64,000 nucleotides of DNA from assembly GCA_038227875.1 (NCBI GenBank), contig JBBRPR010000007.1, positions 151,838 to 215,837 on the forward strand, read 5' to 3'. Below are positions 1-9,741 of the stretch, piece by piece. Source of the stretch: Planctomycetota bacterium (GTDB taxonomy: Bacteria > Planctomycetota > SZUA-567 > H5-PLA8). A model generated the notes under the pieces. That model saw nothing but the letters and a program-made list of their open reading frames with translations. It made no database searches and was not told the DNA's origin. Made by a program: the position numbers and the translations under genes. Positions within the stretch are counted from its first letter, which is position 1. Each line of letters opens with the position of its first letter.

Positions 1-239
1 GCCATCGGCAGCGCCTGCTTAATGAGTGTGTCCCACGCCAGATCGCCATTCTCCGGCTCGTTCGGCGGAGCCACGCCGTCTTCGGCCATCGCCAACTGCG
101 GCCAGCCCAGGCACCACACCGCCAGCGCACCCAACGAGATGCGCAGTATGTCCCGACGCTCGACGAGGACGCCGTCGGCGATCAATGCGCCTTCTCTTTC
201 GTCATCTTCTTGTGGAGGAACTTGATGAAACCAACTCAT
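1..239 (-). CDS. Partial (runs off window start) exported protein with probable Tat signal
   Basis: Not in ORF track. Hand translation from ATG at 239 gives MSWFHQVPPQEDDEREGALIADGVLVERRDILRISLGALAVWCLGWPQLAMAEDG..., open to position 1. Has an RRxxL motif, hydrophobic stretch and AMA cleavage site, with GAGAG upstream. Confidence 0.65.
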   Translation of the reverse strand, partial: MSWFHQVPPQEDDEREGALIADGVLVERRDILRISLGALAVWCLGWPQLAMAEDGVAPPNEPENGDLAWDTLIKQALPM

Positions 240-493
240 GGCACTCTCTCAAAGTGTGATCTTTAGTTCTACAGCCAAAATACACCTGCGTTTGCTATAT
301 AGAGGTGCGAAAGCCTCCAGTTTTTTGCACGGGGGTTGTCAGGATTCGGACGCTTATTTTCAAAACTGAAAGCGCGATGGAATTGCAACTTTGCAAAGCA
401 TGAACACACAATACTTTGCGAATTCTTTCGAATGGCCTGAAGACTGCAGGAATGCCACTACAGAGAATCCAGCCACGTGAAAGGTACACACCG

Positions 494-961
494 ATGAGCC
501 ATGTCTCCTGTAAGCCCCCCTTGATGCTGCACTGCCATTCCGCGCGCGAGATGATGTCACCCAATCCGATCTCGATTCCTGCAGTCTCAACGATCAAACG
601 CGCCGCCGAGTTTCTCGCGGATCATCACTTCGGTGCGGCACCGGTGATCGATACCGCCGGCAAAGCGATCGGCGTGATTAGCATGACTGATATCGCCCGA
701 CACGTGAAGAAACAGCAGCCCGCTTCATCCATCCACACAGAGTGCGGAAATGTAGCGACTGAGCTGCCGGCGGAATCCGAGGTGGAAGTTCAGGACGTCA
801 TGACTCCCATGGTTTTCTCGGTCACCCCAGATACTTCACCAAAGCAAGTGATTGATGCGATGCTGAATGAAAACGTACATCGCCTGTTTGTAGTGGATCA
901 CGCGGGGCTGCTGATTGGAGTGATCAGCACGTTCGATATTTTGCGTCACATGAAGTCCTAG
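494..961 (+). CDS. CBS-pair domain protein
   Basis: Two CBS repeats (AREMMS...PVID..GKAIGVIS..DI; VQDVMT...HRLFVVD..G.LIGVIS.FDIL). Start chosen at ATG 494 after AAAGGT. Confidence 0.85.
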   Translation: MSHVSCKPPLMLHCHSAREMMSPNPISIPAVSTIKRAAEFLADHHFGAAPVIDTAGKAIGVISMTDIARHVKKQQPASSIHTECGNVATELPAESEVEVQDVMTPMVFSVTPDTSPKQVIDAMLNENVHRLFVVDHAGLLIGVISTFDILRHMKS

Positions 962-1214
962 GCGATTTCGATCTCGCAAATATCGATCGATACATGGTTT
1001 GTGTCTTTTCAAAATTGTGATCTCTCAATTCAAATTTTTGCACCATGAAGCGGATTATGGTAGTATATAAATTAGTGCACAATGCGCCAAGTCGGCGTAA
1101 TTGTACTTAGTATAATGCTAACTTTTTCTAATTCCTGAAACATTTGTGTGCATGGTTAGTCTTAAAAAACACGTCTTTAATGAACAGGTGCGTTTCTTTG
1201 TTTTTGAGGTGCCT

Positions 1215-2420
1215 ATGTCCGTGAAAAATCTGAGCTTATTTCTATTGCCACTGACCTTCGTGGTCTGCGTGAGCGTTCATGCAGATCCGGCGGGCGAAGT
1301 CGAGAAACTCAAGAGTGAGGCGCTCGATATTCTGAAGGCCAACGCTCAGCGCCAAGCTTCGCCGGAACAATACGCCGATTGCATTTACAAGCTTGAGAAG
1401 GCTCAGCAGCTGCTCGATAAATCCAACGACAACGATAGCGCTCTGGCGCAGGAAGTCAGTTCATCCCTCTTCTGGGCGCGAAAGTTTTCCGATGTTCACG
1501 TGATGGCGGCGCTCGACAAGCTTCATGGCGGCGCCAAAGAGCCGGCTCCGCCACCGACCCCCATTAAGAAGGTAGAGAAAACGCCCGACGAGGCCACGCC
1601 TGAAGCGCCGTCAGCCATGGCCGAAGCCAAGAAGGCCTTCGACCACGCCCAATCGTTCGCGATTTCGCACCAGTCCGACGACTACGCTGTGGCGCTCTGC
1701 TGGTTCAAAGTCGCCAACGACAATTCGGGCACCGATTACGCGCTTAAAGCGCTGGAACTCGCCCGCGCCGCCCAGTCCCGTTTTGCCTCAAAATCAGCTC
1801 CTGAAGCTCCGAAAGAAGTGCTGCCAGACACGCCGGAAATGAAACTCGTGACCGAAGCGGATGAGTTGGTGAAATCCGGCAAGTTCACCGAAGCGGTGGC
1901 GCTCTACAAAGCGTCAATCGACAAGAAGGAATCGATCATCGCTCACCGCAACATGGGCAAAGCGATGTTCGCGCGAGGCCAGCTGGCCAAGGACAAGCTA
2001 CTGCCCGAGATGGAAGCCGCGGACAAGGCGTATCAGAGTGCATACAAGGCGGCGTTGGTCACCCATCACACCATGGGCGGGCGCAATTACGTGGTGCTGG
2101 ACCGTAACAACGCAGGGCTTCAGGCTGCGGTTCAAAAATGCAACGAACTCTCGAAGCAGTCCTACAAGATCGTGAACGACGACTACGATAAAGCACAGTT
2201 CGAATTCAAAGCCGTGCTGCGCATGACGCCCGATAATAAGGATCTGGAGGCTGATGGCCACATCGGCCTGTGCCTGGCCGTCCGGGGAGATACCAACTAT
2301 CGCTCGCTGGCTCGTCAGCACATCGTTAAGTTTCTGGCCAACTACAAGCCAGTGACCGATCTGGAGCGTTCGCTCTATGAGTACTGTAAGACGGAATTGG
2401 TCCGACTGAACAAAAACTAA
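1215..2420 (+). CDS. Secreted helical (TPR-like) hypothetical protein
   Basis: GAGGT RBS before ATG 1215, signal peptide ending VHA-D, Ala/Leu-rich helical repeats with TPR-like segments. Confidence 0.65.
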   Translation: MSVKNLSLFLLPLTFVVCVSVHADPAGEVEKLKSEALDILKANAQRQASPEQYADCIYKLEKAQQLLDKSNDNDSALAQEVSSSLFWARKFSDVHVMAALDKLHGGAKEPAPPPTPIKKVEKTPDEATPEAPSAMAEAKKAFDHAQSFAISHQSDDYAVALCWFKVANDNSGTDYALKALELARAAQSRFASKSAPEAPKEVLPDTPEMKLVTEADELVKSGKFTEAVALYKASIDKKESIIAHRNMGKAMFARGQLAKDKLLPEMEAADKAYQSAYKAALVTHHTMGGRNYVVLDRNNAGLQAAVQKCNELSKQSYKIVNDDYDKAQFEFKAVLRMTPDNKDLEADGHIGLCLAVRGDTNYRSLARQHIVKFLANYKPVTDLERSLYEYCKTELVRLNKN

Positions 2421-2613
2421 TCCAGACCCTTTATCCCCCGCCCATCCAACAGGTATTTTATTTGCTCCCGCTTAAGACGACAGCGGGAGTGGTTGTTGTC
2501 GTCTGACTTCAACTTCGGCTCCCATGCAATGGATCCGGCCGAGTTATGACAAGGCCGGCTTGTGCATGCTTTGTATAGCGCTGCATAAATGCTGAATAGG
2601 AGCGTGTACGCGT

Positions 2614-3840
2614 ATGAAATACATACATGCCATCCCGATTTTCGTTGCCATGCTGGCCATGGCGAGTGGCTTCGCTTCAGATGACCCCAACCTGCAGTTA
2701 GTTTCGGCCCATAACCCCGTGGCCCCGTCATCGCTGCCTCCCTATATGTTCCGTTGTGAAAACGGCCTCTCCGCGACAATCAATGGGTACCTGAACGTCA
2801 AAGGCGTCCAGATTCCCGGGCAGCAGACACACCTGCTGACGGTGCCGGGTCTGGCGGCGCCACTGCCGGTCAGCGTCGTGATGCAGGATCGCCCCGCGCC
2901 ACTGGTAGTGGTCCTGCTGGGCATCAGCGGAGAAGCGAAGAGCGATTTCAGCAAGCTCTGGCCCTCGTATTTTGCCGACGCCGGTTACAACGTCCTGACC
3001 TTCGACTCCTCGTTCCGGCCGGAATTTATCGAACTGGGCGGCTCGAAAGTGGGCGTCCCAGGAAACGTCTGGGCTGAAACGGCCTTGGACCGGGACATCA
3101 TTCAGACTTTTCTTGAGCGCTTTGGCGAACGGACCACGAAAATCGGTATCGTCGGCATGAGTTACGGCGGAACCGAAGCGTTGATCCTCGGTCAGATGGC
3201 GATGGAAGGAAAAGTTCCGTTCAAGATCGACGCGATTCAAGCCTACTCGCCGCCCGCCGACATGCGCCAGTCGGCAAAGATCATCGACGGTTATTACAAC
3301 AATCACCGCTTCGACTACACCTTGATCGAAATGAAGACTGAAGTTGAAAAGCATCATCAGGCATGCGGCGAACTGTCTGATGACCTGATGCGCGCGGTGC
3401 TCGCCACGTCGTTCGAGTCGGCGCTGAGCGACGCCGTCCTGGCCACCGATCACCACTTCGGCCTGAGTCTCTTCTCAAAAGATCCGGAACTGCGCAAGGA
3501 TGAATCGAAGCAGTGGGGCTTTGAGCGCTATGCCTACGATCTGGCCCTGCCGTGGTGGCGCCAGCGTCTGGCCAAAGATCAGATCGACGATTTCGTCTTC
3601 GCCTCAACGCTTGAAAATCTGCTGAAGCATCAGCCGCCCTGCAGCCAGGCGATCATCGCGGCGGACGACCCGCTCAATGACCCGGTGGATACGCGGGTGT
3701 TGCGCGCCCATTTGGCCGAGACGCCGCTTACGATTCTGCCGAATGGGGGACACTTGGGTTACATTGCCGATCCATGGACGCGAGCGAAGCTGCTGACCTT
3801 GTTTGATTGTGTGGCGGATAAGACGGCCAAGTCGCGTTAA
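2614..3840 (+). CDS. Secreted alpha/beta-hydrolase
   Basis: Signal peptide, nucleophile elbow GMSYGG, acid ADDP, catalytic His in GGHLG, AGGAG RBS. Confidence 0.8.
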   Translation: MKYIHAIPIFVAMLAMASGFASDDPNLQLVSAHNPVAPSSLPPYMFRCENGLSATINGYLNVKGVQIPGQQTHLLTVPGLAAPLPVSVVMQDRPAPLVVVLLGISGEAKSDFSKLWPSYFADAGYNVLTFDSSFRPEFIELGGSKVGVPGNVWAETALDRDIIQTFLERFGERTTKIGIVGMSYGGTEALILGQMAMEGKVPFKIDAIQAYSPPADMRQSAKIIDGYYNNHRFDYTLIEMKTEVEKHHQACGELSDDLMRAVLATSFESALSDAVLATDHHFGLSLFSKDPELRKDESKQWGFERYAYDLALPWWRQRLAKDQIDDFVFASTLENLLKHQPPCSQAIIAADDPLNDPVDTRVLRAHLAETPLTILPNGGHLGYIADPWTRAKLLTLFDCVADKTAKSR

Positions 3841-3868
3841 CAGCGATTGATAAAACCTGATCCACGCC

Positions 3869-3908
3869 GAGAAACGCCTCTCCAACGGGGCGTTTCTCGT
3901 TTTATTTT
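3869..3908. terminator. Intrinsic terminator between convergent genes
   Basis: GAGAAACGCC...GGCGTTTCTC stem followed by a T-rich run. Confidence 0.7.
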
Positions 3909-3916
3909 ACGGTTCG

Positions 3917-4141
3917 CTAACGGCTGGTGGATGCGTCAGGTTGATCGTGCGGAATACGCGTGCGGCCGATCTCCGGCCAACTGAGAAATACCATGAAGGC
4001 CAGCCAGATCGCCCACAGCGCGAGCACGACCCATGTTACACCCGACGTTTGTGAAGGTTGCGCCGTGGATGCCACGCGGCCATCGGTCGCGCTCACGGAG
4101 GACGCTGGCGTAGCGGAATTGGCGGCGGTGACGTCACTCAC
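3917..4141 (-). CDS. Small single-pass membrane protein (~74 aa)
   Basis: GTG start overlaps the upstream TGA (GTGA coupling). One TM helix, WVVLALWAIWLAFMVFLSW. Confidence 0.6.
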   Translation of the reverse strand: MSDVTAANSATPASSVSATDGRVASTAQPSQTSGVTWVVLALWAIWLAFMVFLSWPEIGRTRIPHDQPDASTSR

Positions 4142-5373
4142 TGCGCGCCTACCTTCTCCCCCTTGTCGCCTTCCTTGCCGTCCTTCCCGTCCTTGGGCGT
4201 CTGCGTATTGGCGTTCGCGGCGGGAGTCGTCGGCTTGACGTCGTCCGGGAAGAAGAAGTCCACGGTCATGGGAATTGCGACGCCATTTTCGAAGCGCTGA
4301 ATCAAATTCGTCGCGACGGCCTTGCGGAACCACTCGTCTTCCTTGCGCTGCGACTTGGTGCGCAGCAGTTCCTTGTAAATCTTGTCGTAAAGGGGGCCTT
4401 CAAGCGGCTCGACACCAGCCTCGCGCTTATCGACGACCTGGGCAATCGCCCAGCTGTCCTGCAGGTATTCGAACACGCCACTGACTTCGCCCGGCTTCAA
4501 CGCGCGGATCGCTTTCGAGAGCTTCGGATTGCAGCTATCGAGATCAAAGAAGGGGTCGGCGTTTGGATCCTTGGCGTCGGGCAGAATCAAGCCGCCGCGT
4601 TCGCGCGTTTCCAAATCGTCTGACTTGGTCCGGGCAACTTCTTTGAAGTCCGCGCCGTAATCGTGCACGTTCTGATAGATCTCAACGGCGCGATCATAGG
4701 CGTCTTCGCGGACGGAGCGGACGTTCGTGAGTGAATTGGTGACGATCCGGTCGACGCGGATGAGGCGAACCATCACGCCAGCCTTGCGCTGGTAGCGGCT
4801 GAGATTGGCCTTGTAGTACGCCGACACTTCCGGCCGCGTCGGCTGTTCCATGATGCCGTAAAACTTGCTCTGGTACGTTTGAATCGTCTGATTGTCGCGA
4901 ATGGCCTTCTGGACGTCGGCGGACGTGAAGCCTTTGGAGCCCAGCAGCCCGGCTTCCTTCAGGCGCTTCATCTGATTGGCGACTTCCTTCTCGACTTCCT
5001 TGTCATCGGCCGCGATCTTTTCGTTCTTGGCGTACTGCAGCATCAACCGTTCCCGCACCACCCCGCGCAACGCATCGCGGAACGGCGGAATGTACGCGTC
5101 GTACCACTGCTTCATGTTTTCCGGCGTGCACATCTTGTTGCGTTCCCACTCCTGCTTCTTGGCGCGCAGCATGGAGGCAATGCCGGGAGGCGACATGCGG
5201 TCTTCGATGTCGCGCTTGCTGATCATCTCGGTGTTCACGCGGCAGACGAGTTCGTTGTCGAGGTCCAGCGCCTTGGGTTCTTCGCCCGAGCAAGTCAGAG
5301 GCATCAATGCCGTGATCCCGGCAAGGACCATCCCGGTGGCCAGTTCCGAAACGATGCAACGCAATCCCTTCAT
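4138..5373 (-). CDS. SurA/PrsA-like chaperone, PpiC-type peptidyl-prolyl isomerase
   Basis: Signal peptide from MKGLRC, SurA-N-like VNTEMISKRDIE, parvulin motifs DFKEVARTKSDD..T.ERGG and ALKPGEVSGV. Confidence 0.8.
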   Translation of the reverse strand: MKGLRCIVSELATGMVLAGITALMPLTCSGEEPKALDLDNELVCRVNTEMISKRDIEDRMSPPGIASMLRAKKQEWERNKMCTPENMKQWYDAYIPPFRDALRGVVRERLMLQYAKNEKIAADDKEVEKEVANQMKRLKEAGLLGSKGFTSADVQKAIRDNQTIQTYQSKFYGIMEQPTRPEVSAYYKANLSRYQRKAGVMVRLIRVDRIVTNSLTNVRSVREDAYDRAVEIYQNVHDYGADFKEVARTKSDDLETRERGGLILPDAKDPNADPFFDLDSCNPKLSKAIRALKPGEVSGVFEYLQDSWAIAQVVDKREAGVEPLEGPLYDKIYKELLRTKSQRKEDEWFRKAVATNLIQRFENGVAIPMTVDFFFPDDVKPTTPAANANTQTPKDGKDGKEGDKGEKVGAQ

Positions 5374-5513
5374 CGGTGGCAAACCTCTGTGTGTGGGCAG
5401 ATTCGTGTAACGTATTCCCAAGTTGGACGAGCCAATGACACGCGTCTTCAGGTTATCGGCAAAATTCCACAAAGGCAACAGTGGTAACCAGATGCGCAGA
5501 GTTTGCCGCCTGC

Positions 5514-6578
5514 TCACGCCGACGGATAGAGATGGTAGAGCATCACGTACACGATCACGCCGGTGATCGAGACGTACAGCCAGATCGGGAATGTCACCTT
5601 CGCGATCTTGCGATGCTTCTCCCAATTGCCCTGAAACGCGCGCCAAAATGTCAGCGGTACAAGCACGCCAATGACTCCAGCGAGGACCACATGCGTAATC
5701 AAAATGGCGAAGTATAGCGTGCGCACACTGCCCTGCCCGAGGAACTTCACCGAGCCCGCGTGATAGTGGTAGAGGAGATACGACGCGAGGAAGATGGCCG
5801 ACGTGACGCCGGCGATCATCATCACCGTCTGATGTCCCAGAATCTGCCGGCGGCGAATCAGCACGTAGCCCACGATCAGGAATACCGTGCACAGCGCGTT
5901 AAGCGACGCATTCAGGGCTGGCAGCGAGAATACGCAGAGTTCGTGCTCCAGCGCCTGAGCCGTATTGGCCGCCTGCGCGACTTCCTCGGGAACCAATCCC
6001 GAATACGTGCCGCGCACGCGGCCCTGGCGGTCGACGACCATCAGCATCGAACTGTGGATGATCGGCTCATCGCCCGGCGCGGCCTTATCGACGATGGGAA
6101 GTTTGAAGTTGTCGTGCGTCAGCTTGATCATCTCGTCTTTGTGGCCGGGACCGGAAGTGACGAAGTGCCAGCGGGGACTGTCCGCGCCGTGCTGCTGAGC
6201 GTAATTGGCCAGCACCGCGGCCGTGTCGAATTCCGGGTCCATGCTGAAGGAGACCAACTGAACGCGCGGCTCATTGGCGAGCCGCTGATTGACCTCCCGC
6301 ATCCCCGTCACGATCATCGGACACGTGCCGGCACAACGGGTGAAAATGAATCCAGCAACCCACGCATGGCCTTTCAAACTCTTGAGTGTGACTTCGCTCC
6401 CGGTCTGATCGGTCATCGTAAAGTTACTGAGCGGTAACAGGAGCGGGAGCTTGTTGGTCTCCGCGTTGAGCCGATTGACTATCGCCGCGCCAAACAGCCC
6501 GAGCATCGCCGCAATCAAAATCACCCAGACAAGCCGGTGTTGCGGAAGTTGGGCGATAGGTTCGGAAATCTGGGTCAT
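5514..6578 (-). CDS. SCO1/SenC copper chaperone fused to DUF420 membrane domain
   Basis: FIFTRCAGTCP (CxxxC) plus distal His (IIHS). C-terminal DUF420 motifs (LPALNASLN, YFAILITH, HRKIAKVTFPIWLYVSITGVIVY). Confidence 0.88.
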   Translation of the reverse strand: MTQISEPIAQLPQHRLVWVILIAAMLGLFGAAIVNRLNAETNKLPLLLPLSNFTMTDQTGSEVTLKSLKGHAWVAGFIFTRCAGTCPMIVTGMREVNQRLANEPRVQLVSFSMDPEFDTAAVLANYAQQHGADSPRWHFVTSGPGHKDEMIKLTHDNFKLPIVDKAAPGDEPIIHSSMLMVVDRQGRVRGTYSGLVPEEVAQAANTAQALEHELCVFSLPALNASLNALCTVFLIVGYVLIRRRQILGHQTVMMIAGVTSAIFLASYLLYHYHAGSVKFLGQGSVRTLYFAILITHVVLAGVIGVLVPLTFWRAFQGNWEKHRKIAKVTFPIWLYVSITGVIVYVMLYHLYPSA

Positions 6579-6684
6579 TTTGCTCTTAGCTCTTGGTTCT
6601 TGGACCTGACGGGAAATCGACGTTCACTCTAGCAATAGCGCACCATCGACAGGCCCCAAAGCCAGGAGCAACCAGCCAAGGGCC
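6579..6684. repeat. Inverted heptamer arrays (TTRGYTC / AGCCAAG-like)
   Basis: TTTGCTC TTAGCTC TTGGTTC TTGGACC ... AGCCAGG AGCAACC AGCCAAG. Confidence 0.5.
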
Positions 6685-6691
6685 GCCATCC

Positions 6692-7558
6692 CTATTGCAA
6701 ATCTGCGCGCGTTCGCGCCTTTGCCATGAACGAGGCACCCAGCAACGTCGCCACGCCGAACGCCACTGTAATCGAAAGCGAGAGTTTAAAGTCGGGCAAA
6801 TCCGTGGGCTGATGAGCACTGGCGCTGTAGAGAATGTGCCGGAACGCCGCCAGGCCGTACGTCAGCGGATTGATCGTGATCATCGCGCCCAGCCAGACCG
6901 GCACGCCCTTGGCCGGAAAAAGCGCACCGGAGAGCAGCCACATCGGCAGCAGAAAGACGCTCATGATGGCGTGAAACCCCTGCGTCGATTCCATTCGCCA
7001 GGCGATCATGAAACCCAGTCCGGTCAGCGCGAAGGCGATCACGAACATCACGGCCAGCGCTTCGACGAACATCAGCGGCGTAATCGTGATGCTGGGGATC
7101 GTCAGCGCCAGGACCAGGAAGAGCACGCCCTGCATCATCGCCAGGATGGTGCCGCCGAGAATCTTGCCCATCACCATCGTCAGCGGCGAAATGGGCGCGA
7201 CGAGCACCGACTGGAGAAAGCCTTCCTTGCGGTCTTCGATGATCGAGATCGTCGAGAAAATCGCGGTGAAGAGCAGGATCATCACCACCGTGCCGGGGAA
7301 GAAGTACTCCTGGTACGACATGTCCGGCGGCGAACCCTCCGGCGGCTTGAACGATTTGGTGAACGCCGCGCCGAAGAGCACCCAGAAAATCAACGGCTGC
7401 AGCAGCGCGCCGACGACGCGGTTGCGCTGCCTTAAAAATCGGACGATCTCGCGGCGCGTCAGAGTCATCACCGGCAACAGCACACCGCCACTGGCAGCGC
7501 GTTCCGGGATGTCACCGCTCATGGCGGCGCTGGGCGTTGGCAACGTGCTGGCTTGCAT
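6692..7558 (-). CDS. ABC-2 type transporter permease
   Basis: Six TM helices, EDRKEGFLQSVLVAP, LSGALFP and NPLTY motifs. Confidence 0.9.
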   Translation of the reverse strand: MQASTLPTPSAAMSGDIPERAASGGVLLPVMTLTRREIVRFLRQRNRVVGALLQPLIFWVLFGAAFTKSFKPPEGSPPDMSYQEYFFPGTVVMILLFTAIFSTISIIEDRKEGFLQSVLVAPISPLTMVMGKILGGTILAMMQGVLFLVLALTIPSITITPLMFVEALAVMFVIAFALTGLGFMIAWRMESTQGFHAIMSVFLLPMWLLSGALFPAKGVPVWLGAMITINPLTYGLAAFRHILYSASAHQPTDLPDFKLSLSITVAFGVATLLGASFMAKARTRADLQ

Positions 7559-8562
7559 CAGTGTTTGCCCTTCTTTCCCTTGGGCGTGTCTTCCTCTGCC
7601 GCTTCGACCCAGAATTTGTGGCCGGTGCGCCGGATGAAGACGTCTTCCAGCGTGGGCTTGGAAATAGTCATCGCTTCGATGCGCCCAGGCAGCGCCATTC
7701 CCAGCGCGCCGATCAGTTCGGGTCCGTTCTCGCGTTCGATGCGCAAACTGCCGTCGACGATCGTGGCGTCAAGCTTCAGCTTCTCTTTGATCTCCGCGCG
7801 CACGGCTTCGGGATCCTTCGCCTGAATCGTGATCACATCGCCGCCAATGGTTTCGCGCAGCTTGTTGGGTGTGTCGAGCGCCACCAATTCGCCCTTGTTG
7901 ATGATTCCCAGGCGGTGGCAGTGCGCAGCCTCTTCCATGTAATGCGTGGTGAGCAGACTGGTGACGCCTTCGTCGCGGCTGAGTTGCTCCAGGTACTGCC
8001 ACAGGTCGCGCCGCGCCCCGGGATCCAAACCCGTGGATGGTTCGTCGAGCAGCAGTAGTTGCGGCCCGTGAATCACGCCCTTCGCAAGCTCCACGCGGCG
8101 CCGCATGCCGCCGGAGAACGTCTCAACGTATTCGTTGGCGCGATCGGAGAGCTTGACGCGTTCCAGCAGCAGCTTGATGCGGGCGTCGAGCGCCGCGCCG
8201 CTCAGACCGTAAAGATGGCCCTGATGCATCAGGTTTTCGTACGCGGTGAGCTTCTTATCCAGGCTCGGCGATTGGAAGACGACGCCGATACGACGTCGGA
8301 TTTCCCGTGCCTGCGTCGCCAGGTCGAAACCGAGCACGCGAACAGTTCCCTGCTGCGGTGGAATCAGCGTGGAGAGGATACGGAATGTGGTGGTCTTGCC
8401 GCCGCCATTGGGACCCAGCAGGCCGAAAATTTCACCGCGTTGAACGGTGAAATTCAACCCATTGAGCGCTCGACGCGAACCGTACTCGTGAATGAGGCCG
8501 CTAACATCAACGGCCGGTGAGCCTGAAGCGTGGGCAGAAGGAGTGGGCAGAGTTGATGTCAC
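7558..8562 (-). CDS. ABC transporter ATP-binding protein (DrrA-like)
   Basis: Walker A GPNGGGKT, signature FSGGM, Walker B LLLDEP, C-terminal PTLEDVF. Start uncertain (GTG 8562 chosen). Confidence 0.9.
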   Translation of the reverse strand: MTSTLPTPSAHASGSPAVDVSGLIHEYGSRRALNGLNFTVQRGEIFGLLGPNGGGKTTTFRILSTLIPPQQGTVRVLGFDLATQAREIRRRIGVVFQSPSLDKKLTAYENLMHQGHLYGLSGAALDARIKLLLERVKLSDRANEYVETFSGGMRRRVELAKGVIHGPQLLLLDEPSTGLDPGARRDLWQYLEQLSRDEGVTSLLTTHYMEEAAHCHRLGIINKGELVALDTPNKLRETIGGDVITIQAKDPEAVRAEIKEKLKLDATIVDGSLRIERENGPELIGALGMALPGRIEAMTISKPTLEDVFIRRTGHKFWVEAAEEDTPKGKKGKH

Positions 8563-8596
8563 ATGCGTTACTAAAGTAAACCGGAAGACGATTTCC

Positions 8597-8640
8597 GTTT
8601 TGAGCAACGCAACTCAAAACTAAAAATTCAAATTTCAAAC
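8597..8640. repeat. Heptamer array AACTCAA with inverted GTTTTGAG
   Basis: GTTTTGAG-caacgc-AACTCAA AACTAAA AATTCAA ATTTCAA. Shares GCAACGCAACTCAAAACT with 9710-9727. Confidence 0.65.
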
Positions 8641-8648
8641 TGCCGTGC

Positions 8649-8966
8649 TTAGTGGTACTGCCCGTAGACTATATCCGGGAACAGCGCAAAGAGGAGAATC
8701 GCGGCCAGAACGTAGGGAATCAGGCAGATGACGACCATGGTCTTCTTTTCGAACTTCAAATGCATGAAGAACAGGATCACCAGCGAGGCCTTGAACGAGG
8801 CGATGGCCATCGCCAGGATCACATTGCCGGTCTTGCCCAGATTCACGAACGAGACGGCGACGGTGATGATAGTCATCACGAACAACGTTGCCGCGATCGC
8901 CACGTACGGAACCTTCGGGTGTTCGTGGTGATCGCCGTGCGCCGGGATATGTGCTGCGTCAGACAT
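8649..8966 (-). CDS. ctaF: Cytochrome c oxidase subunit IV
   Basis: Three TM helices, KASLVILFFMHLKFE motif, position in cox operon. Confidence 0.85.
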   Translation of the reverse strand: MSDAAHIPAHGDHHEHPKVPYVAIAATLFVMTIITVAVSFVNLGKTGNVILAMAIASFKASLVILFFMHLKFEKKTMVVICLIPYVLAAILLFALFPDIVYGQYH

Positions 8967-9037
8967 GGTACTCTCCGTGTTTCGAATTTTTTACAGGCGG
9001 CGCAACCGCCACCCGAGTGGAGTTCGTCTCTCGAAGG

Positions 9038-9628
9038 TCAGATCAGGTATAGCAACGGGAAGAGGAAAATCCAGACAAGGTCGACGAAGTGCCAGTAGAG
9101 ACCGACCATCTCGGTTTCCTTGGAGACATCGTGCGTCTTCGAGAAATGCGCGAGGCCCAGGATCGGAATGACGCCACACAGAATGTGGAAGCCGTGCAGA
9201 CCCGTCAGCGTGTAGTAGAAGGCGAAGAACACGTCCGTGTTCGGCACCTGTCCGGCGGCGATGTGCGTGCTGTACTCGTAGAACTTCAGCAACAAGAACG
9301 CAATCCCCATCAGCGCCGTCAGCACCAGGAACATGCGCTGCTTGGGTTTGTCCCCGGCCTGCCCGCGGACTACGGCCATCGCCATGGTCAAGCTGCTGGT
9401 GATCAGCAGGAGCGTATTGAAACCCGCAAGCCACATGTGGTGATGCAGATGCGTCTGGCTGGCTTCAAAGCGCGACGGATCGCCCGTGCGGAGCGTAATG
9501 TACGCGCCCAGCAGTCCGGAGAAGAACATCACTTCCGAACACAGGAACAACCACATCGCCAGCTTGCCATTGTAAACCGACTCAATCGCCGGTTCCGACG
9601 GTTCGACTATTGCGTGCGCCTCACTCAT
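9038..9628 (-). CDS. ctaE: Cytochrome c oxidase subunit III (short 5-TM form)
   Basis: MWLFLCSEVMFF, LTGLHGFH, GLYWHFVDLVWIFLFPLLY. Confidence 0.93.
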   Translation of the reverse strand: MSEAHAIVEPSEPAIESVYNGKLAMWLFLCSEVMFFSGLLGAYITLRTGDPSRFEASQTHLHHHMWLAGFNTLLLITSSLTMAMAVVRGQAGDKPKQRMFLVLTALMGIAFLLLKFYEYSTHIAAGQVPNTDVFFAFYYTLTGLHGFHILCGVIPILGLAHFSKTHDVSKETEMVGLYWHFVDLVWIFLFPLLYLI

Positions 9629-9667
9629 GAAAACTTCGCCTCCCTTTAGTTACTGCGTTTCTACAAC

Positions 9668-9741
9668 AGTTTTGAGTGATCAGTTTTGAGTTTTGAATTA
9701 CTGCCTTCTGCAACGCAACTCAAAACTCAAAATTAAAAACT
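9668..9741. repeat. Inverted heptamer arrays AGTTTTG / AACTCAA
   Basis: AGTTTTG x3 ... AACTCAA AACTCAA AATTAAA. Confidence 0.7.

Noticed and set aside
1020..1145. AT-rich stretch with a weak hairpin as a possible ncRNA
   Set aside because: More simply a promoter region (TATAAT at 1111). No recognisable RNA family.
5374..5892. 173-aa N-terminal extension of the SurA-like ORF
   Set aside because: Overlaps the SCO-DUF420 gene in another frame, is Arg-rich shadow-like sequence, and a signal peptide begins at 5373.
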